From assembly GCA_046861645.1 (NCBI GenBank), contig JBHHUM010000061.1, forward strand, positions 1-12,781: a stretch of DNA of 12,781 nt, in the 5' to 3' direction. How positions within the stretch are numbered: position 1 is the stretch's first letter; the number at the start of each line of letters is the position of its first letter. The notes under the pieces are model-generated. The model ran no database searches. It saw only the letters and a list, made by a program, of their open reading frames with translations, and had not been told where the DNA came from. Source of the stretch: Fidelibacterota bacterium (GTDB lineage Bacteria > Fidelibacterota > Marinisomatia > Marinisomatales > UBA2128). Of this stretch, positions 8,700-12,781 are shown piece after piece. A program made the position numbers and the translations under genes.

Positions 8700-8780
8700 A
8701 AAAATTTAGACTTTAACAGCATAAAATTCACTTCTAGATTTCCATATTAAAGATTACAAATGGCCACAGAGCACCTCAGA

Positions 8781-8807
8781 CCTGTCCGCCTTGAGTGTTC
8801 GGGCGGG
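8781..8807. repeat. Short palindromic element copy A, flanked by TCAGA direct repeats
   Basis: CCTGTCCGCCTTGAGTGTTCGGGCGGG forms an imperfect hairpin with TCAGA at 8776-8780 and 8808-8812. It matches the reverse complement of 8918-8943 at 21 of 27 positions by manual alignment. Confidence 0.6.
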
Positions 8808-8896
8808 TCAGAAAGGATGTTACCACCGGATAGGCAGCTTTAGTTGCTCGCTGAGAGAACCTTAAGTTGCGAGTCCATAAATGAACATGCTAAATC

Positions 8897-8920
8897 AAAA
8901 AAAGACGGCTAAAGCCGCCT
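8897..8920 (-). terminator. Rho-independent terminator, probably ending the Mo-hydroxylase operon
   Basis: The minus strand reads AGGCGGC-TTTA-GCCGTCT followed by a T-run: a 7-bp stem with one G-U pair, ~230 nt downstream of the Mo-subunit stop. Confidence 0.65.
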
Positions 8921-8943
8921 GCCTGAACACACAGTCGGGCAGG
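8918..8943. repeat. Short palindromic element copy B (inverted relative to A)
   Basis: CCTGCCTGA-ACACACAG-TCGGGCAGG hairpin; homologous to copy A. Confidence 0.6.
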
Positions 8944-9037
8944 CACGCTTAATCGAAGATACTCCTATTCATGGGAGTATCACTTCACAGGCAGATAGAC
9001 CTGATATTTCGGGGGAACTTCAGTGGTTGAATTACCT

Positions 9038-9066
9038 TTGACAAGTTGTCAATGACTGCGTAAACT
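9038..9066 (+). promoter_or_regulatory. Sigma70-type promoter
   Basis: TTGACA (9038-9043), 17-nt spacer, TAAACT (9061-9066). Predicted start is ~9073, exactly at the base of a long hairpin. Confidence 0.65.
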
Positions 9067-9072
9067 TAAAAT

Positions 9073-9170
9073 AGAAAGCGGGTAAATCTTGTGGTGCGCC
9101 TTGGGTACTGCCTTCCATAGGTTGGCTATGAGCCCGGGGATGATCGGCATTATAGGGTCCGCTTTTTTCT
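9073..9170 (+). ncRNA. Candidate short 6S-like RNA (6S-Flavo-like)
   Basis: Manual fold gives a rod: 9075-9081/9159-9165, 9086-9097/9147-9158, 9099-9106/9132-9139, 9116-9120/9126-9130. Many G-U pairs work only on the + strand. It has a promoter directly upstream and a U-tract at the 3' end. The closing stem CUUGUGGUGC...CGGCAUUAUAGG resembles the 6S closing stem as recalled, not searched. Confidence 0.5.
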
Positions 9171-11444
9171 TGCCAATCCCCTCAAGATCTTTTCGGGAGT
9201 TATAGGGAGTTCCCGGATGCGTACCCCACAGGCGTTGAAGATAGCATTAACGACAGCGGGTGCAGGCCCGTTGATTGGAATTTCAGCAATAGCCTTGGCT
9301 CCAAACGGACCGGACGGTTCATCAGTATGTACGAATTCAGCTACAATTTCCGGCATGTCTATGGCTGTGTAGATGTGGTAACTTCCAAAATCCCGGTTTA
9401 TAGCTCTCCCCTTTTCATCGAATATCATAAATTCTGACAGTGTCATCCCGAGAGATTGAGGGATCGCCCCTTCCACTTGACCCTCCGCCATCTGAGGATT
9501 AATAATTCGTCCGGCATCAGTTACTGAAACGATTTTATTCACAGTTACAAATCCAGTCTCAATATCTACAGTAACGTCAGCAAAAGTGGCATTAAACGGA
9601 GGCGGACTATCATAACTCATGTGAGAGGCGACTGACTGGATTTGTTTCTGATGATCAGAGTAAAATGACCTGGTACAGATTTCACTATAGGACATTTTCT
9701 CTCCATTGTCACCAATAACTTGATTATCCCTGATTTCTGCTTCGTCAACTCCCAGGATTTTTTTACCCTGTTCCAGAATCTGCTCACGAACTTCCTCAGC
9801 AGCCTTTTTCACAGCGCCTCCTGTGATATATGTCGTACTGGAGGCATAAGCCCCAGTGTCAAACGGAGTCATATCTGTGTCCGATGAGTAAACAATGATT
9901 TTAGAAACAGGTACCTCCAGTACTTCTGCCGCAATCTGAGCCATTACAGTATCTGATCCCGTTCCCAGATCGGTAGCACCAATATTCAGATTGAAACTCC
10001 CATCCTCATTCATTTTCAAGAAGGCTGCTCCCATATCAATGCCAGCTATACCCGAACCCTGTGCTACCGTTGCCACACCTATACCACGTCGCAAAGAACT
10101 ATTCTCATCCGATTGATGTGGCTTTTTCCAGTCGATCAATTCGGTACCCTTTTGTAAGCATTCTTTTACACCAGTAGTATTCAGGAACACCGGAAACCCC
10201 TCTTTCCCCTCACCCAAAATCTTTGCTATAGGCACTTCATCACCTTCGCTGTAGTAGTTTTTCATCCGCAATTCTATGGGATCAATACCAAGTTCATGAG
10301 CGATTTCGTCTATCATGGACTCCATAGCAAAGAAACCTTGTGGTGCACCATATCCTCGATATGCACCAGCAGGAGGAAGATTCGTATAAACTGAATTAGC
10401 CCGGATTCTAATGTTGGGAGATTTGTAAAGGGAAAGAGTCTTACTGGCTGTGACTGACATCACTGTCAGGGCATGGGGTCCATAAGCTCCTGAATTCTGT
10501 AATATCTCCATATCAATGGCGTTTATGGTATGATCCTCATTCAATCCTATTTTCAATGTAACAATCTGTGGATGGCGAGAACGAGCGGCAGTAAATTCCT
10601 CCTCGCGACTGTATTCCAGACGAGCTGGACGACCAGTACGAAGAGTTACGGCTGCACACAATTCCTCGCCGATAATTTCCTGTTTGGATCCGAATCCTCC
10701 ACCTATTCGGGGTTTAATCACTCTTATTTTAGAAACGGGGATTTCCAGAACTTCAGCGACGATACGCCGCACATGATTGGGAACCTGAGTCGCCGTACGA
10801 ATAACCACCCTGTCATGTTCGTCGAGCCAGGACAAAGAAACATGGGGTTCCAGATGAGCCTGCTGAACATAAGGCGTAGCATAAGCACCAGTGAATAGAT
10901 GCTTCGATTCTGCCAATCCTTTTTCCACATCTCCCAACTCCTTATTAATATTGGAAGCTATATTATTGTTTGGATCATGGATAAATTCAAATCCCTCTTT
11001 TTCAGGATGAATCAAGGTTTCGTTTCCCATGGACAGTTTTGGATCAAAGATGGCGGGTAGTTCCTGATATTCTACGGTAATCAATTGTAGAGCTTCTTCA
11101 GCTATCTCTATTGAATCAGCGGCAACTACAGCAACTCGATCCCCTACAAAACGAACTGTAGAATCCAAGATCAAAGTATCATGAGGGGAGGGTTCAGGTA
11201 CCCCCTGACCTGCGGAAGTGTAATAGATTGGATTAAAATCTTTGTGAGTCAGTACCTCAACCACGCCTTTTAATTCTAATGCCTTGGAAGGGTCAATGTT
11301 TATAATTTTAGCGTGAGCTAACGGACTTCGTAGAACTTTAATATACAGGAAATCCCTCTTGGGAATATCATCGGCAAAAACGGGTTTTCCTTTAGCCAGA
11401 GCAAGGCCATCCACACGTGGTGTCTTTTGTCCAACGACTCTCAT
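9150..11444 (-). CDS. Molybdopterin-binding large subunit of a xanthine-dehydrogenase-family Mo hydroxylase (XdhD/YgfN-like)
   Basis: LRSPLAHA, YTSAGQGVPEPSP (XdhD-type), VRFVGDRVAVVAA, IGGGFGSKQ, AYRGYGAPQ, GRIINPQMAEGQVEG and GPFGAKAIAE (catalytic Glu). Start placed at ATG 11444, 1 nt after the Fe-S subunit stop; the track start at 11465 is TTG. Confidence 0.92.
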   Translation of the reverse strand: MRVVGQKTPRVDGLALAKGKPVFADDIPKRDFLYIKVLRSPLAHAKIINIDPSKALELKGVVEVLTHKDFNPIYYTSAGQGVPEPSPHDTLILDSTVRFVGDRVAVVAADSIEIAEEALQLITVEYQELPAIFDPKLSMGNETLIHPEKEGFEFIHDPNNNIASNINKELGDVEKGLAESKHLFTGAYATPYVQQAHLEPHVSLSWLDEHDRVVIRTATQVPNHVRRIVAEVLEIPVSKIRVIKPRIGGGFGSKQEIIGEELCAAVTLRTGRPARLEYSREEEFTAARSRHPQIVTLKIGLNEDHTINAIDMEILQNSGAYGPHALTVMSVTASKTLSLYKSPNIRIRANSVYTNLPPAGAYRGYGAPQGFFAMESMIDEIAHELGIDPIELRMKNYYSEGDEVPIAKILGEGKEGFPVFLNTTGVKECLQKGTELIDWKKPHQSDENSSLRRGIGVATVAQGSGIAGIDMGAAFLKMNEDGSFNLNIGATDLGTGSDTVMAQIAAEVLEVPVSKIIVYSSDTDMTPFDTGAYASSTTYITGGAVKKAAEEVREQILEQGKKILGVDEAEIRDNQVIGDNGEKMSYSEICTRSFYSDHQKQIQSVASHMSYDSPPPFNATFADVTVDIETGFVTVNKIVSVTDAGRIINPQMAEGQVEGAIPQSLGMTLSEFMIFDEKGRAINRDFGSYHIYTAIDMPEIVAEFVHTDEPSGPFGAKAIAEIPINGPAPAVVNAIFNACGVRIRELPITPEKILRGLARKKRTL

Positions 11445-11445
11445 C

Positions 11446-11913
11446 TCAGCAATCAGCCTTTCCAAGCTTATTTATAGTGCTCATAACTGCCTTTACTGGT
11501 TTAACAAATCCAGTACATCGACAATATACTCCAGCAAGTGCGTCTCTGACATCTTCTTCTGAAGGTGTTTTATTCTGTTGCAATAGTGATTGTACAGCTA
11601 AGATCATTCCCGGTGTACAATAACCGCACTGAATAGCTCCTTCCTGAATAAATAGTTCCTGTAAGGGGTGTAATTCTAAACCTGACGAAAAAGACTCTAT
11701 AGTCTCTACTACGCTGTCTTTTACTGCATGTATTAACAACAGAGATGAATTCATCAATTTTCCATTTACTAAGACAGCATCGGTACCCGTTTCCCCTCTT
11801 TCTGAGCTGAATTTCACACTGAAATATCCTTGAATTCGAAGATAGTCAAATAACGTGGTGCCTGGGGGGTTCTCCGTTTTTACTGATTTGCCATTTAAAA
11901 TGAAGGAAATCAT
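11446..11913 (-). CDS. [2Fe-2S] small subunit of the Mo hydroxylase (first cluster motif degenerate)
   Basis: QCGYCTPG and YCRCTG are intact; the N-terminal ferredoxin cysteines are absent. It has a GGAGG RBS and an ATGA overlap with the upstream gene. Confidence 0.9.
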   Translation of the reverse strand: MISFILNGKSVKTENPPGTTLFDYLRIQGYFSVKFSSERGETGTDAVLVNGKLMNSSLLLIHAVKDSVVETIESFSSGLELHPLQELFIQEGAIQCGYCTPGMILAVQSLLQQNKTPSEEDVRDALAGVYCRCTGFVKPVKAVMSTINKLGKADC

Positions 11914-12671
11914 CCCACATTACCTCCCCTCAGTAGTGCTGTGGTAATTAATGATGTCTTGTATTCCATGGAACCCAGATAATCGTCTTGGAAATATTTG
12001 ATCGCATTTTGAGCAATGTGGGCTACCGATTGAGGATTCCAATTATTCACATTTAAGGAGAAATTCTGGGTTTTATTACACAAACCGCCAATGGCAATTT
12101 CAAGTCTATTATTGCGACGAACTACGCACACAATTACAATTGCAGGAGCCGAGGGGATGACTGAATATCGTAACAGTTCTACATCATCAACTTGTCCAGG
12201 GAAATAGATAATTTCAGTCACAATGCCTTTTCCATCCCAATCGCGGAGGGGTATTTTCAAATCCTCCTTAGTAGTGATCGATATATTGGCCCCAATAGCA
12301 TGTAAGAAAACCATAACTTCAGAATTAGCCCGATTCTGTCCTAACTCCCCGCCAAACGTCCTCTGGTTACGAATATTTTTAGAAGGACAGGATGATCTTA
12401 TTCCCTTCAACAATTTACTTTCTGGATTGAGAGGAGTGATTTTGTCAATAAATTCCTGAAGAGTAGCCTTTGCACCGATCCTGATAAAATCCATTTCCAC
12501 GTGGATAGAATTATCCAATAAGTGATTGATATCTATAAGTGTTTTTACTGCAGAAGATTGTTCGGCAACTAAGTAACTCCCACCAGAAAATAAAATGGTA
12601 TCATCACTTTGGAGCATAAATGCTTCCTGGAGAGTTTGGGGATATTTAATAGATTGAATCGATCTCCACAT
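11910..12671 (-). CDS. FAD-binding medium subunit (YgfM/CoxM-like)
   Basis: YPQTLQEA, FSGGSYL, IRIGAKATL, IRNQRTFGGE and DDYLGSMEYK match the molybdopterin-dehydrogenase FAD-binding fold. Start is likely ATG 12671 rather than TTG 12713. Confidence 0.85.
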   Translation of the reverse strand: MWRSIQSIKYPQTLQEAFMLQSDDTILFSGGSYLVAEQSSAVKTLIDINHLLDNSIHVEMDFIRIGAKATLQEFIDKITPLNPESKLLKGIRSSCPSKNIRNQRTFGGELGQNRANSEVMVFLHAIGANISITTKEDLKIPLRDWDGKGIVTEIIYFPGQVDDVELLRYSVIPSAPAIVIVCVVRRNNRLEIAIGGLCNKTQNFSLNVNNWNPQSVAHIAQNAIKYFQDDYLGSMEYKTSLITTALLRGGNVG

Positions 12672-12781
12672 AAGCCTAATCCATCTGGAAGAAATTGATG
12701 CCAGATTTTTCAATAGCTTGGGTCAGCATTTTTTCAGCAATTAAATTATTAATTAAGCGCAGCTTTTATTTAAAAGTGGCA

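Noticed and set aside
8652..9149. CRISPR array or intact IS in the repeat-rich intergenic region
   Set aside because: There are no regularly spaced direct repeats with spacers, no transposase ORF and no cas genes.
9073..9170. SRP RNA or tRNA identity for the hairpin
   Set aside because: No SRP helix-8 motif (CAGG...GNRA...AGCA) in the fold, and no cloverleaf or TTCRA T-loop on either strand.
11446..11451. TGC-TGA at the end of the Fe-S subunit as possible selenocysteine read-through
   Set aside because: Read-through would not be in frame with the Mo subunit, the domain is already complete, and I see no convincing SECIS hairpin downstream.
381..12459. Small alternative-frame or antisense ORFs in the track (381-629, 922-1140, 2822-3055, 3141-3362, 4007-4246, 4347-4553, 5929-6120, 6691-7014, 10530-10898, 10724-10930, 11359-11562, 11417-11623, 12223-12459)
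   Set aside because: All overlap well-supported genes and show no recognisable motifs; they are expected shadow ORFs.
12676..12729. 17-codon minus-strand ORF MLTQAIEKSGINFFQMD upstream of the FAD subunit
   Set aside because: No RBS or informative composition; it cannot be supported as a leader peptide.
12739..12754. AT-only palindrome AATTAA-ATTA-TTAATT
   Set aside because: Low complexity in an AT-rich region at the window edge; plausibly chance.

Overview
Bacterial chromosomal window of moderately low GC. The + strand carries the 3' part of leuS (leucyl-tRNA synthetase). All other genes are on the - strand. In transcription order these are a YgfM/XdhD-like molybdenum hydroxylase cluster (FAD subunit, small Fe-S subunit that has lost its first cluster, molybdopterin subunit), a ~500 bp highly structured intergenic region, a compact lexA-umuD-umuC-SRAP SOS mutagenesis cassette, a membrane M28 peptidase, an MBL-fold (RNase Z-like) hydrolase and a 2-TM RCK-regulated K+ channel. 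The most notable unannotated signals are: (i) a candidate ~100 nt 6S-like RNA with a near-consensus sigma70 promoter on the + strand at ~9073-9170; (ii) a candidate non-canonical LexA operator (11-bp tandem repeat plus an inverted half-site) over the lexA promoter; (iii) short REP/MITE-like palindromes, one with a 5-bp flanking direct repeat; (iv) an internal RBS+ATG that would give a soluble RCK domain. All calls come from motif reading and manual base-pairing; no database searches were run.
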